Assembly (NCBI RefSeq): GCF_963921235.1
Contig: NC_086097.1
Coordinates: forward strand, 116,128,001 to 116,192,000
Length of the DNA: 64,000 nucleotides
DNA from: Mobula hypostoma
Lineage: Eukaryota
Direction: 5' to 3'
Of this stretch, positions 1-12,735 are shown in pieces; the first letter of the stretch is position 1; every line of letters begins with the position of its first letter. The translations under genes were made by a program, and so were the position numbers. Under the pieces are notes generated by a model. That model was not told the origin of the DNA and did no database searches. It saw only the letters and a list, made by a program, of their open reading frames with translations.

Positions 1-193
1 CACCGATGTGACCAATTATCCACATGCAGAAACCCGTATATCCTTGGAATGTGGAAGAAAACCGGAGTACCTGGAGGAACCTCACGTCGTCACAGAGAGG
101 ACGTACAAACTCCTTACAGACATCGATGGAATTGAACCCTGGTCACTGATGCTGTCATAGGATTACCTTAACCACCATGCAGCCATGCTGCCC
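1..193 (-). mobile_element. tRNA-derived SINE (V-SINE/HE1-like), cut by window start
   Basis: Minus strand begins GGGCAGCATGGCTGCATGGTGGTTAAGG...GGGTTCAATTCC (A/B-box-like); homologous to copies at 41543-41820 and 48030-48273. Confidence 0.8.
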
Positions 194-224
194 AACATTT
201 CTTTATTTTCCTATGGGCACCTAC

Positions 225-920
225 AATAGTTCAATAGTTCCATTTAATATCAGAGAGTGTATACAAAATACAGCCTGAAATTCTTCTTCTTCACAGACAT
301 CCACAAAAACAGAATGGTGCCCCAAACAATGAGTGAGAGTAGAAACATTAGAACCCCAAAGCTCTTCCCTTCCCATGCACAAGCAGCAGCAAAGCGTTGA
401 CCTTCCCCCTTCCCCACCTATTTCAGCAAAAAAAAGCATCAGCACCCTCCACCCACTGGGCAACCAATAGCAAAACCCCCCAAGAAAGGCCATGATGTGC
501 AGTACAACAAAAAACTAATTGTTCACCCAACAATTCGACATACCACAGGCTCTCTTTCTCCCTAATAAAGGGGCAGGGAGGTGTTACTCAGTGAGAGGTG
601 AGACATAGAGAAAACAACTTGCTGTTTACAGTGTTAAGATCTGCCGTGTCTCTTTTTCTAAGCTCTCTGACTTGAGAATCGGCAACAAACTCTCCCCACC
701 AATGAAGGAAGGAGAGAGGGAGAGAGAGAGAGAGAGAGAGAGAGATTGATTGATTCCAAGTACAGCCCCCAACAGCTGATCTTTTGTTCTCGATGTTTTG
801 TTTTCTCCATTGACGTTTCCGTCAGCGGCACTGGCACAGAATCGGCTTGACCCCCCGGGCCGCGAAGCCTTGGAACCCAAAAGGATGCTTGTCTTCCATA
901 CTGTGCCCTTGGAAAAGTGA
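225..920 (-). mobile_element. ORF-less retroposon-like interspersed repeat (same family as 56586-57388); contains (GA)n at ~712-745
   Basis: Collinear similarity to 56600-57000 (catttaatatcagagagtgtatacaa / atttaatgtcaagaaatgtatacaa; ccacaggctctctttctccctaataaagg / ccacaggttttttctctccctaataagg). Confidence 0.6.
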
Positions 921-1651
921 ATCTCAAGGATCCATACATATTTTGATAATAAATTAACTTTGGATTTTGAACTTATAACTATGACAACTATGACACTTAA
1001 CAGAAGAAAGTTTCTGAAAAAAATACAGGTGTGCATGGCCTTTAACAATTTTAGTGGGCATTCAGCTCTGTTAGATGGTCTGCTCCCTCATGCCTCCCTG
1101 CCATATTTGGCTGCCTGAACAAGCTACAGAACTTTAGATGCTTCCATGGCAACAGGCAATCCTTGTGTAAGGGCCGTGAACTCATCTGATACAATTAGCC
1201 CATGGGGTTAAATAGATCTGAGTGCTTTTCCCTCCATTATTTATTCTGTCCATAGCTGGCACATTACTAAATGTTTCATTAGGACAGTTATCACCCCGAA
1301 AACATTTCCTTAGAACAGAATCAAGACCAAAATAAAATGCAAACACAATATAGTAAAAGACTGACTGCTAACATCTCAGACTTAGCTGCCATTTCTGAAA
1401 ATTATCTGCAACACTTACTTTATTCCCTTGATAATGTTGTGAGCCTTCAATGTAAAGAAAACATGCAATGAGCATGTGACAGAAACGGACCACCTCCATC
1501 ACTTTTGGAAAAATAGTGACTGAAACTCAGAGAAATCCAAGTTATTATGCTCAGTGGGTATCTCTGTAACTCATTCTAGTAGAGAGACTGCAGTAAGAAT
1601 CGCATTTGGCTGGGTTACTGTTGCAGCAAGACGAGATTGTGTGAACGAGGT

Positions 1652-1753
1652 CTAGACTTCTACTTTAGATTCCAGAGTCTGGGTAGCTGTAGCAGTGCTA
1701 AATGGCATGTTATCCATTGAAAACTGAATAGTGGTTAGGTCAGAAAATATATC
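1652..1753 (-). CDS. Candidate terminal coding exon of unidentified gene (DIFSDLTTIQFSMDNMPFSTATATQTLESKVEV*)
   Basis: Good acceptor ccttttctccaatttccag|GAT, 33 open codons then TAG; minus-strand AATAAA at 1419-1424 and 1240-1245; non-repeat context; no homolog recognised. Confidence 0.25.
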   Translation of the reverse strand, partial: DIFSDLTTIQFSMDNMPFSTATATQTLESKVEV

Positions 1754-2234
1754 CTGGAAATTGGAGAAAAGGATTGATCATGGGTTTGATGGCAGACTCT
1801 CCCCATCTCCCCACACTCACTAACATTGAACACGGGCTTCTTGATGGACACTCCAATGGCCCTGACATTTTGCTGTGCACACTCAATAGCCTGCCCCATG
1901 TACACTATCCTGTCAAGTTTAACATTAGAAGTTTTGTGACGGCCTTTCCCTCATATGGCTACAGACCATTCTTTCCTGCAGGCTCTATGGGTGAATCTCA
2001 CCGTTAAACACGGCCTTAAACAATGAAAATTAAATTCCGCCTCTTAAATTGTTGTATTCTATTAAACACCAGCACTTGCATCTCTGCCATTCCATTGGCA
2101 GTATTTTTGTCACTTCACCATCCCTCAGTCATGTCAATGGCTGGATGCCCCTTTCGAACCTGCATCTACCACTCCTCTGTTACTGCTTTGCTATTTGTAA
2201 GTCAATAAAAGACTTCTGTGTCCCCCTTTCAAAA

Positions 2235-2748
2235 GGCCATGAGATATCGGAACAGAAGTGTGCCATTTGACTGATTTGGTCAGCTCTGCCATTCATCGTG
2301 GCTAATTTATTATCCCCCCCCCCACCTCCAACACCATTCCTCTATCTCCTCCATATAACCTTTGATTTCCTTACTAACCAAGAACCTATCTACCTCTGCA
2401 TTAAATATAGCCAATGACTTGGTCCCTGTGCCATTTGTGGCAATCAATTCCACAGATTCAACACTCTCTACCAAAAGGAATTGCTCCTCATCTCTGTTTT
2501 AAAAGGGACGTCCTTCTATTCTGAGGCTGTGCCCTCTAGTCCTAGACTCCTTGATCATAGGAAACATCCTCTCCATGTCTATTCTATCCAGGCCTTTCAA
2601 TATTCAATGCATTTCAACAAGAACCTCCCTCGTTCTTCTAAACTCCAATGAGTACAGGCTGAGAGCCATCAAGCACTCCTCATACATTAATCCTTTCATT
2701 CCATGGATCATTCTTGTGAGCTTCCTCTGGACCATCACCAATGCCATA
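2235..2748 (-). mobile_element. CR1 LINE 3' fragment (degenerate)
   Basis: Similar to 3' end of the CR1 at 54282-56366 (caattccacagattcaacactctc; tccttctattctgaggctgtgccctctagtcctagactcc). Confidence 0.8.
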
Positions 2749-2945
2749 ATATGTCAGCCATGCTCATTTCCCTTTGATTTCAATTGTTCTATTTCCTTTC
2801 TGTGTCCCATTGCACAAATTCTTTACCTGAGAACTACGAATGAACAGTAGCAACATGGAATTTTATACAAATCTATTTTATAAGTGAACTCACCTTGAAT
2901 CTTTTGCTTTTCAATTTCAGCTTGTCTCACATGATGATATCCTGA

Positions 2946-3155
2946 CAACACAAACAAAATGTTGGAGGAACTCAACAGGTCAGGCAGCATCTATGGAAAA
3001 GAGTAAACAGTCAATGTTTCAGCTGAGTTCTGATGAACGGTCAGAAATGTCAACTGTTTACTATTTTCCATTGAGGCTGCCTGGCCTGCTGAGTACCTTC
3101 AGTATTTTGTGTGTGTTGCTTGGATTTCCAGCATCTGCAGATTTTTTCTTGTTTG
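2946..3155. mobile_element. Penelope-like element terminal remnant arranged as ~80-bp inverted repeat
   Basis: caaacaaaatgttggaggaactcaacaggtcaggcagcatc... mirrored by ...gctgcctggcctgctgagtaccttcagtattttgtgtgtgttg; same terminus as GIY-YIG-bearing copies at 11209 and 34900-36015; flanks tgatgatatcctga / tgatggaatcctga TSD-like. Confidence 0.7.
3026..3055 (+). ncRNA. Degenerate minimal type I hammerhead ribozyme motif (Penelope-associated)
   Basis: agtt-CTGATGA-acggtca-GAAA-tGTC-aact: intact core boxes, GTC triplet, stem I agtt/aact; stem II truncated. Confidence 0.6.
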
Positions 3156-4719
3156 TGATGGAATCCTGAATCATGTTCATTACGAGAGAAGCTAAGAAGG
3201 GATTTATCCTTATCTGAGTATTAAAGTTAAAATCTGACTGTGTAAGTAATGATTGATAATCAAATGCGCAGAATCAAAATCAGAAGTTGGTAAATAAGAA
3301 CAGTTTAATCAAGCTCTGAAAACTAAATGCTAAAGAGCAGGATTTAAAATATATCCAAATATGTAAATTGGGATTTAGCTTGAGAGAGATATTGCTTTCA
3401 CTCATCCGTTTATGAAGTTCAAGGAATGGAAATGGAGATTACAGGGAATTTTAAAAAAAATTATTAAGTAAGGTTTCTGTTTATGAGTGTTTAGTTTAAA
3501 AATTAATGCCTCAAAAGTGAAGTGTAAAGGGATTGAAGAAAAGACAGAAAATGCTGAAGCAATCTAATAAGGAGCCCATGAACAAAGCCCTGTGCTTTAA
3601 TCTAGATTCTGTTCAATTCCAGGGTACTGAGTTAATTGTCTCATAATTCCGCAGTCATATTTGGGGAGAAACAGTTATGTCAAACAGGACAGAGCACTTC
3701 ATTTTTATCTTGTATTTGAAGTGTAAATCTCTCCTTGTAAAACAATTGGGATATCGGTCATATATTATAGACCATTTTGGTTGCTGTTGCTGGTTCTTCA
3801 CCGCTTATTAACATCCAATGTGCAGCCTATTCCTATTAATGATTATCTGGGTGATCCACAGGATGGATTTTCCGGTTGCTGCAGAGCTGCAGGCATCTCC
3901 TGCCAGGTGCAAACTCATTTCACAGCTATAGTTCCAACTTGTGGATTATCTTGGAGGTGAACAGTTCACAGAAACAGAACTCAGCTCTGAGTGGTAACAG
4001 GGCTTGTATTTTTTAATATAATTTCTAAACTGACCTCTAGAGATTATTAATACAGCTTCTATTGACTTCTAGAGATTAGTATAGATCCCAATGGGGGCAG
4101 TTATGTGTTCTAAGGGGGTGTTAGGGGAAATAGAAGTCATCAGAGGCATTCAAGATTCTTGGCGGGGGGGGTGGGGGCTCACTGCCGTCATCAACATCCA
4201 ATAGACATTCCATGTTTGTGTTAATTTTTTTATTTTAATTTATCCCTGATAATGATGGATAAATACATGCGGCATGTTCTCTATGAGTCTGAAGGAAGTG
4301 AAGCCTTGAATTCTAATCCTGCTAAGAAACAGAAACTGCAGAAAGTGCATCAATACAATGTTACAAACATGGAGTATGGTTTTGTTCCATTCCCATCAGA
4401 TCAGCAATGCTGCCTGTGTCTTACTTGTAATACTGTACTGTCTAATGAAGCCATGGAACCATCAAGATTGCAGGAACACGTCCATAAAAGGCAGCCTGAA
4501 AAGGCTACTTATGGTATTACTCAGTTCCTGAAGCTGAAAGAAGCTTTTGAAAAGCGTTGCACACTCAAGTCGTTTGCTAAGAAAGCTAAAAATGACCTTG
4601 ATAGTGGTCTCATTGCTTCTTAAAAACATTCCCAAAATTATAGCAGTGGAAAATTTCAGACAATTGCTGAAAGATTAATAATAACTGTATCAGCCTGCTC
4701 ACCATTGTTTTCAAAATGA

Positions 4720-6488
4720 ATCATCATCATCATCATCATTAGGTGCCGTTCCCAGTTTGAGCTTTGACTGTCATGGCCTACATACTCCTGTTTCAGGTCA
4801 AGTGGATCAATTCATTGGTATTCATTTCCAGTTCTCTGGCTGCTGTCTCCATCATCATTTGTCTTTGCCTTCCTCTTGCTTTCTTCCCTTCAATCTTTCC
4901 CATAATTACCATGCATTCTAACTCCTCTTTCCTAATCACATGTCCAATGAATTTACGTTGCCTTTTCATGATCTCATACATTATTTCTCTTTTTGTATTT
5001 GCTCTGTTCATGACATCTTCGTTTGATATTCGCTGCATCCATGACATTCTTTGCACCCTTCTCAAAAACCACATCTCTACTGCTACAATTCATTTCCACA
5101 TGTTACGAGATATTGTCCAACATTCTGAGCCATATAACATAACTGGATAAACGTAACATTTCAGTACTCTGAGGCGGGTTGTAGTTTAGTATTGGTCAGT
5201 ATACTCTTCATTCTCGTAAAGATGTCTTTTGCCATCCCTATTCTTCTTTAGGTGTCCATGTCGCACCTGCCATCTGATGTCACCCAGCTTCCTAAGTAGC
5301 AAAAGTTCTGTACGTCTTCTCCATTTATTCTCAGCCTGCAGATAGGATTATCCTTCTTTTTGGATATCACCATACATTCTGTCTTTTTACAATTGAAAGA
5401 TAGACCCATTTTTGCACTTTCTTCAACAATTATATTAATTAAGTTTTGTAGTTCTTCCTCTGTACTTGCAATTAGCACAGTGTCATCTGCATATCTGAAA
5501 TTATTGATGTTTTCACCACCAACTTTGATTCCCAAGATGTCTCTTATTTTTTGTAATATTGTTTCACTGTAGATATTAAATAAATCAGGGGAGAAAATAC
5601 ATCCTTGCCTAATGCCTCTCTTGATTTTCATAAACTGACTCACTTCTCCATCTAGTCTTGCAGTGGCAGTTTGTTTCCAGTACAGATTTCTGATTAGGCA
5701 GCAAGTCTTTCGAATCTAGATTTAGAGTTTTCTGTAATATTTCAAATAACTTATTGTGCTTCACTTTATCAAATGCATTTGTGTAGTCGATAAACAAACA
5801 ATCTTTTTGCATTTGAATAGCTCATTCTGATAGTATCCTTAACATCAATATTGCGTTTCTTGTAACATTGTCTTTCACAAAACCACATTATTCTTTACCT
5901 ATTTCAGCTTGTATCTTACTTTTAGCTCTTGTCTTCAAAATTCTTAGAAGTATCTTGGTGATATGACTCATTAAACTTATGGTCCTATGTAATTCACATT
6001 CTACTGCTCCAGATTACTTAGGAAGGGTGATAAATACTGATTTTTTCATCTCTTCTGGTATTATTCCAGTCTCATAAATGTCATTGATTAAATCCCTAAG
6101 TTTTTTCAATTCCATAATCTTCAAGGGCGATAATTTGTTCTATTACTAATTCATCAGGACCTGCTGCCTTTCCTTTCTTCATCTTATTTATTGCATTATG
6201 AACTTCAGATTTTAAAGTACTTGGACCTTCAATGTTTTTCTTAATTTATGGTTTTTTGCCTCAATCGTCTTCAAACAATTCCTGAATATATTCAGTCCAT
6301 CTGTTCATAATCTCATCTTTTTTCCATGATAATGGTACCGTCCTTTGCTTTCAAACATCCACCTGAAGAACAGAGAAGCGGCCCTGGAAGCAATGAATAA
6401 CTAAGGGGTAACTCAACTTTCCCCAAAGCTCTGAAAGTCCCCAACAGAGCCTCATCACCGATTGCAGTTTAGAGTCATACCCAGGACA
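4720..6488 (-). mobile_element. RTE-clade (BovB-like) LINE, internally deleted, inserted in hAT transposase
   Basis: RT motifs GIRQGCIFSPDLFNIYSE, RYADDTVL, C-terminus GKIEGKKARGRQR; (ATG)n tail 4720-4740; degenerate TSD tttcaaaatgaat / tttaaaatagat. Confidence 0.9.
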
Positions 6489-7053
6489 TTTAAAATAGAT
6501 ACCAGTATTAAGTAATCAATTCCTCTGACTAAGAACTCTGTAGCTCGACATATTGATGAAATGAGTGAAGATGTTGAGTATCAACTATGCACAGAGCTAC
6601 AAAAGACAAGTTAGTATACAACTGGATGAGACAACTGTGTGAGACATCGTGGCATTGCTAATGCCATATGTACAGTTTATCAAAAATGGAAAAGTTTATG
6701 AAGAGATTCTCTTTAGTAAAAAGTTAAAAACAAGTAGCAACAGAGAATCAATCTATGACAAGTCAAAATGTATATTGAGGATAAAAGTATTCCAATTAGG
6801 AACATGATTTCTTGTGCAATAGATGGAGCATTATATATGGCAGGTCAACATGCTGGTTTAGTAGCATTTATGAAAAAAGAAATTCCAAGTCCATTGGTGA
6901 TCCATTGTGGAATTCATTGTTAACATCTTGCAGCCAAAAACCTCAGCCAGCGATTTTTTTTCAAGTATGATTCTTGTAATATCTGCTATCAACAAAATTG
7001 AAGCCCATCCATTAAACTGCAGAATATTTTGCCAGTTATGCCAAGGTAATGAT

Positions 7054-8824
7054 ACACTGAATTGAATTGACTATTTCTTACGTCCTTCACATACATGAGG
7101 AGTAAAAATCTTTACATTACATCCCCATCTGAATGTGCAAGGTGCAATCATAGAAATTTATAATAATTTATAATAAATAGAACAGTGAATGTAACATAGA
7201 AATACACTCAGATCAGCATGAGTTAATCAATCTGACAGCCTGGTGGAAGAAGTTGTCCTAGAGCCTGTTGGTCCTGGCTTTTATGCTGCGGTACTGTTTC
7301 CCGCATGGTAGCAGCCGGAATAAATTGGGGTTGGCGTGACTCGGGTCCCCATTGATCCTATGGGCCCTTTTTACACACCTGTCCTTGGAAATGTCCTGAA
7401 TCATGGAAATTCACAACTACAGATGCACTGGGCTGTCCGCACCACTTTCTGCAGAGTCCTGTGATTAAGGGAGGTACAGTTCCCATACCAGGCAGTGATG
7501 CAGCCAGTCAGGATGCTCTCAATTGTGCCCCAGTAGAAAGTCCTTAGGATTTGGGGGCCCAAACCAAACTTCCACAACTGTCTGAAAGAGGTGCTTTTGT
7601 GCCTTTCTCACCATACAGTTGGTGTGTACAGACCACGTGAGATCCTCGGTGATGTGGATGCCAAGGAACTTAAAGCCGTTCACCCTCTCAACCCCATATC
7701 CATTGATGTCCATCTCCATTCCTCCTGTAGTCCATACCCAGCTCCTTTATTTTTGCAACATTGAGGGAGAGGTTGTTTTCTTGACACCACTGTGTCAGAA
7801 AGATGACTTCTTCCCTGTAGGCCACCTTGTTATTGTTTGAGATAAGGCCAATCAATGTGGTGTCGTCGGCAAATTTAATTAGCAGATTAGAACTGTGGGT
7901 GCAACATGGCCATGGGTATACAGGGAGTAAAGGAGGGGACTCAGTACACAGCCCTGAGGGGCTCCTGTGTTGAGAGTCAGAGGGGTGGAGGTGAGGGAGC
8001 CCACTCTTACCACCTGCCAATGATCTGACAGAAAGTCCAGGATCCAGTTCCACAAGGCAGCGTCAAGGCCGAGGTCTCTGAGCTTCTTGTTGAGCCTGGA
8101 CGGAACTAAGGTGTTAAATACTGAACTGTAGTCCAAGAACAGCATTTTCACATGAGCATCCTTCTTCTCCAGATGTGCAAGGACAGTATGTAGAGCAATG
8201 GCTATTGCATCATCTGTTGATCAGTTGTGTCGGTAGGTGACTTGTAGGGGGTCCAGTGTGGGTGGTAGCAAGCTGCAGATGTAATCCTTGACCAGACTCT
8301 CAAAGCATTTGCTTATTATTGAGGTTAGTGCGACAGGACGCAAGTCGTTCAGGCAGGTTACCTTGCTCTTTTTTGGTACAAGGATAACGGTGGATAATTT
8401 GAAGAAGGAGGGCACTCTACACTGGAAGAGGGAGAGAAAAAAAGTGTCAGTAAACACATCCTGAACACCTGCCCTGGGATGCTGTATGGTCCCATAGCCT
8501 TGAGACTGTCCACTTGTTTGAAACATCTGCGTATCTCAGTCTCAGAGATGACCAGGTTGCAGGTTGTAGCGGTGGCTTTCCTCAGAGGCTTAGAGTTAGC
8601 AACATCGAACCGAGTGTAAAAGCAATTGAGCTCATCTGGGAAAGAGGCTGCGATGCTGGCAGCAGCACTAATTTGGCTTTGAGGTCTGCAATGGTATGCA
8701 GCCTTCGCCATAAGTCACATGTGCTATTCGTTGTGAATCTTGACTCAATCTGGTCCTCGTATTGTTGTCTCGCAGCCTTGATAGCTTTGCGCTGATCGTA
8801 GCTGCTTTTCTTGAGCTCTATCTC
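7054..8824 (-). mobile_element. Rex1/Babar LINE, 5'-truncated, inserted in hAT transposase
   Basis: ORF pieces LNDLRPVALTS, LFLDYSSVFNT, TGAPQGCVLSPLLYSLYT, KFADDTTLIGLI; (TTCAA)n tail; hAT frame (QGND|EEFE...TEVRWL) resumes after 8824. Confidence 0.9.
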
Positions 8825-10018
8825 AAGAGTTTGAATGCTTGCTTCTTTATACTGAAGTGCGTTGGCTGCTGCTTAAGAGAGTTCTTTGATCCTTTTGACA
8901 CGGTGGTTGAATTTTTGCTCAAAGTCGACAAGATTTTGGGAAACGATTTAACTTCCATGTGGAGGTGTGGCATACCTAACCGATCTATATGACAAAACAA
9001 ACATTCTTTATATGAAACTGCAGGGTGAGAATTTCAATTTAATCCAGGCAAAAAGTGCAGTGTCCACCTTTATCAGAAAATTGGAGATATGAGCAAAACT
9101 TTGGGAGAAGAATGTTCTCACAGTTTCCCTGCACGGAAAGTATAGCACTCTCTTTCACAGATGGTGATTTGTAGAAGTACTGCTTACACCTGCAGTCACT
9201 GAAGAAATTCTTTCAGAATTGATTCAAGGATTTGAGCAATCTGAGAATTTCCAGATTGGATAATTCAACCATTTCTTTAAAAATTGGAAGAACAGGAAGG
9301 GAGCTTGCAAGAAGAAATTACCGAAATTCAGAATGATGAAGAATCAAAAATGCTTTTCAAAAATGGTATCTTTTGTGGTATGTGGCTACACTGTCACACA
9401 AAGTTTCTTGGTCTTTGGAGAAGAGCCAAACTGTTCTTCATTGCATTGCCATCCTCCTACCTTTTTAAAAAAGGCTTTTATGCAGTGAACCACATGCTCA
9501 CAAAAAAGAAAGAAACGGCTTGGACATTGTTACACATGGGGCAAGAGTTGAAATACATCTTGAACCAGTATTTCAACTCTTGCTAAAGACCATCAAGCCC
9601 AAGAATCACATTGATATTGAAGCTGCTGTACAGTGCACAGGTACTGTGTAAGCTAGGTTTAGAAAAATTTTAAACAGAATTGTCTTTCTCATGGTAGCAT
9701 ATGGTGGACATCTTTTTACACTATGGGAGTGTCAGGAAGTATATTTTCCTAAGAGGGGCATTGGCAACTATGAAAGTGCATTAGGGGGAATTGGGCTAAA
9801 AAAGGTCGGGAAACACTGATATAGATAATACTTATCACTACTAATAGTTTGGTTCAAAGGACACTTCCAAGTAAATTGTGAATGAGACAAGGTTAGCTAA
9901 ATCGACATGGCAATTTGAATAAACCCTTCAAAGCACCTATCATTACAGTACTACTGATCATCAACACAGACAACACGGTATCAAGACTCCAGAGGAGATG
10001 AGAATATATATACATACG

Positions 10019-10027
<9 letters not shown>

Positions 10028-10076
<49 letters not shown>
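10028..10076. repeat. (CA)n microsatellite
   Basis: Perfect CA run, directly visible. Confidence 0.98.
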
Positions 10077-10077
<1 letters not shown>

Positions 10078-10078
<1 letters not shown>

Positions 10079-10550
10079 TAAAAAGTAGCGAGGTAGTGTT
10101 CATTCAAAAACTTGATGGCAGGGGGAAAGAAACCATTCCTGAAAGATTGAGTGTGTGTCTTCAGGCTTCTGTACCACATCCCTAATGGTAGCACGGAGAA
10201 GAGGGCATGTTGTGGGTGACGGGGGTCTTAAATGATGAATGCCACCTTTTTAAGGTATTACCGCTTGAAGGTGTCGTGAATGCTGTGGAGGTTAGAGCCC
10301 ATGATGGAGCTGACAGAGTTCACAACTTTCTGCAGCTTCTTTTGATCATTTGCAGTGCCCCCCAACCCACCCATACCAGAAGTTAATGCAGTCAGATACA
10401 ATGCTCTCCATGATACATCTGTCAAACTTTGCGAATGTCTTTGGTAACATACCAAAGCTCCTCAACTCCTAATGAAATATAGCCACTGTCACATCTTCTT
10501 TGTAACTGCATCGATATGTTGTTCCCAGGATAGATCCCCAGATGTTGACA
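10078..10550 (-). mobile_element. Rex1/Babar LINE 3' fragment
   Basis: DQKKLQKVVNSVSSIMG and RSLKTHTQSFRNGFFPPAIKFLN C-terminal motifs. Confidence 0.8.
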
Positions 10551-11208
10551 TGAAGCAAAATATTGATAAATGGAGAATTAGACACATAAGAGAAGTGAGC
10601 AGAGCCTAGGGAATTTTGAGAGCAGAAGCACTACTGTTTAGATGGAAAATGGGATGTAACAGCAGCTCGAACACCAAGAGTCTAGTTAGCCAGCTTGGAA
10701 ATGTAAAGTGGAGGATGGGGTACAATGGCAGCATGCTTAGAAAGGTTGAAAATGCCATTTTGGATCAATTATATTCTCAAAACTGTTCTAACACTGCAGA
10801 AATTGCTCAAGAAGGTTATTCCATTGAAGGTAATGGGACCCAAGATCTGTGGCTAGCTTTCCAATCGCATTGCCCACTGGAAAGCCAAAGTTTTCCATTC
10901 TCAGAAGCATAGCAGAAAATTTTTAAAAATATTTAAATAATTCATCACCACTTGAAATAGCAAAGAGTTACAAGTCCAACATAATAAGTTAAAGAGCAAG
11001 AGAGACAGTCTGTGGTTTTGTTGCACTCATTGTAACACTGTACTGTTGAATAGATTTGCACATGGCTTAATTGTATAGGGAGAGTTCAGTGTTTGGCTAG
11101 CTTGCAGGATTGTAAACTCAATGAAAATGGCAGTGGAAACTGTCAAGACAATTCTACCACTGTATGCCATATGTTATAGAAGAGCAGCAATGAAGCAAGG
11201 TCAGAGGA

Positions 11209-11890
11209 AACACACACAAAATGCTGAAGGAACTCAACAGGTCAGTCAGCGTCGTTGGAAAGGAATTAATGGCTGATGTTTTGAGACAAGACCCTTCTTC
11301 AGGACTGGAAAGGAAGGGGGAAGATTTCCAGCATCTGCACATTTTCTCAGTTTGCCAGAATAAAAAGGTTGGGAAGGGGAAAGACGCTAGGTGGAAGGTG
11401 ATAGGTGAAGCCAGGTAGGTCGGAATGATAAAGGGATGTATAGGAAAGTAGCTGATAAGGAGTGGATTGTGGACCATAGGAGAAAGGGAGGAAGGAGGTG
11501 ATAGGGGGGCAAGAAAGGTTAAGAAACCAGAATGAAGAGGAGTGGAGGGGGAGGGAGGGATTTTTTTAACTGGAAAGAGAAATAGATATTCATGCCATCA
11601 AGTTGGAGGCTACCCAAACAAAATGGAAGGTGTTGCTTCTGCACCCTGAGGGCATGGACTGACATGTTAGAATGGGAATGATATTAGAATTGAAATATTG
11701 GCCACTTGGAAGTTCCGTTTTTGGTGGATGGAGCAGAGGAGCTTGACCAATGTAAAGGAGGTTGCATCGGAAGCACTGGACACAATAGATGACTCCAGCT
11801 GATCTGCAGGTAAAGTATGTTGCATCACCTGGAGGGGCCGTTTGGGGCCCTGAATGGAGATGAGGGAGGAGATGAAGGGGCAGAAGAATA
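11209..11890 (-). mobile_element. Penelope-like element fragment (GIY-YIG remnant plus terminus with degenerate hammerhead at 11270-11307)
   Basis: FTCRSAGVIYCVQCFRCNLLYIGQ (GIY-YIG-type); minus strand cagtc-CTGAAGA-agggtcttgtctc-AAAA-catc. Confidence 0.8.
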
Positions 11891-11962
11891 CGTGTGTATA
11901 TGCTACTGATTCTTCCAGCAGTGTAGTGGTGGCATCTCATCATTTGTTTTTGAAGATATATA

Positions 11963-12503
11963 CACTGAGTGGCTACTTTATCAGGTACTTCCTGTACCTA
12001 ATAAAGAGGTCACTGTGTATGTTCATGGTCCTCTGCTGTTGTAGCCTATCCATTTCAAGGTTCAACATGTTGAAATTTTTGCAAAGCATAGGTACTTGAA
12101 TTACTGTCACCTTCTTGTCAGCTTGAACCAGTCTAGCCAAGCTCCTTTAACTTCTCTCATTAACAAGGTGTTTTCAACCACAGAACTGCTGTTCACTGGT
12201 CGTTTTATGTTTTTGCACCATTCTCTGTAAACTCTAGAGACTGTTATGCATGAAAATTCCAGGAGATCAGCAATCTCGGAGATACTTAAACCATCCTATC
12301 TGGCACCAGTAATCACTCCACCATCAAAGTTGCTTATATCACATTTCTTCCTCATTCTGAATTTGGACTGAACAATAACTGAACCTCTTGGCCCCATCTG
12401 CATGTTTTTACAGATTGAGTTGCTGCCACATGATTGGCTGATTAGATATTTGTATTAACAAGCAAATGTAAAGGTGTATCTAAAAAAGTGGCCACTGAGC
12501 GTG
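11963..12503. mobile_element. Tc1/mariner non-autonomous element (MITE)
   Basis: TA-flanked TIRs cactgagtggctactttatcaggtac ... gtatctaaaaaagtggccactgagcg; second copy at 63775-64000. Confidence 0.8.
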
Positions 12504-12735
12504 TAACAGTAGCATATAAATCCCAACTCAGAACAAGTAACCCAAACAGTGTCTGCCTATATTGAGAGGAAAATATTCCAGTAAAAAATAGAGAGATTAA
12601 GTCTGCATAACATTGAAGCTAATTCTGATAGTGAAGAACTGGATTTGCTTACTGTCAATGCTGTTAGTGGAATGACAGTAATCAGAAAGAAGTTCTACCA
12701 ATAAATGACCAGCCAGGAGGAACAAATGTGCTCAC

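Larger units (their letters stand above)
4087..9818 (+). mobile_element. hAT (Charlie/Buster, ZBED5/SCAND3-like) DNA transposon, decayed transposase split by two LINE insertions
   Basis: BED-finger-like ORF 4252-4623 (CLCLTCNTVLSNEAMEPSRLQEH), DDE-region motifs QLDETT, CAIDGA, IHCGIHC (6490-7050), TEVRWL and C-terminal part 8825-9586; right TIR ggtcgggaaacactg; 8-bp TSD gtatagat 4079-4086 / atatagat 9819-9826; left TIR lacks its first ~8 bp. Confidence 0.85.

Noticed and set aside
2894..2941. 48-nt minus-strand micro-exon (tgtcag|...CAAG|gtgagt)
   Set aside because: The acceptor is created by the adjacent Penelope insertion junction; only phase 1 is open, which is incompatible with the neighbouring candidates.
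4252..4623. ZBED5/SCAND3-like host gene
   Set aside because: Bounded by TIR/TSD, riddled with stops and frameshifts and split by two LINEs: a dead transposon, not a domesticated gene.
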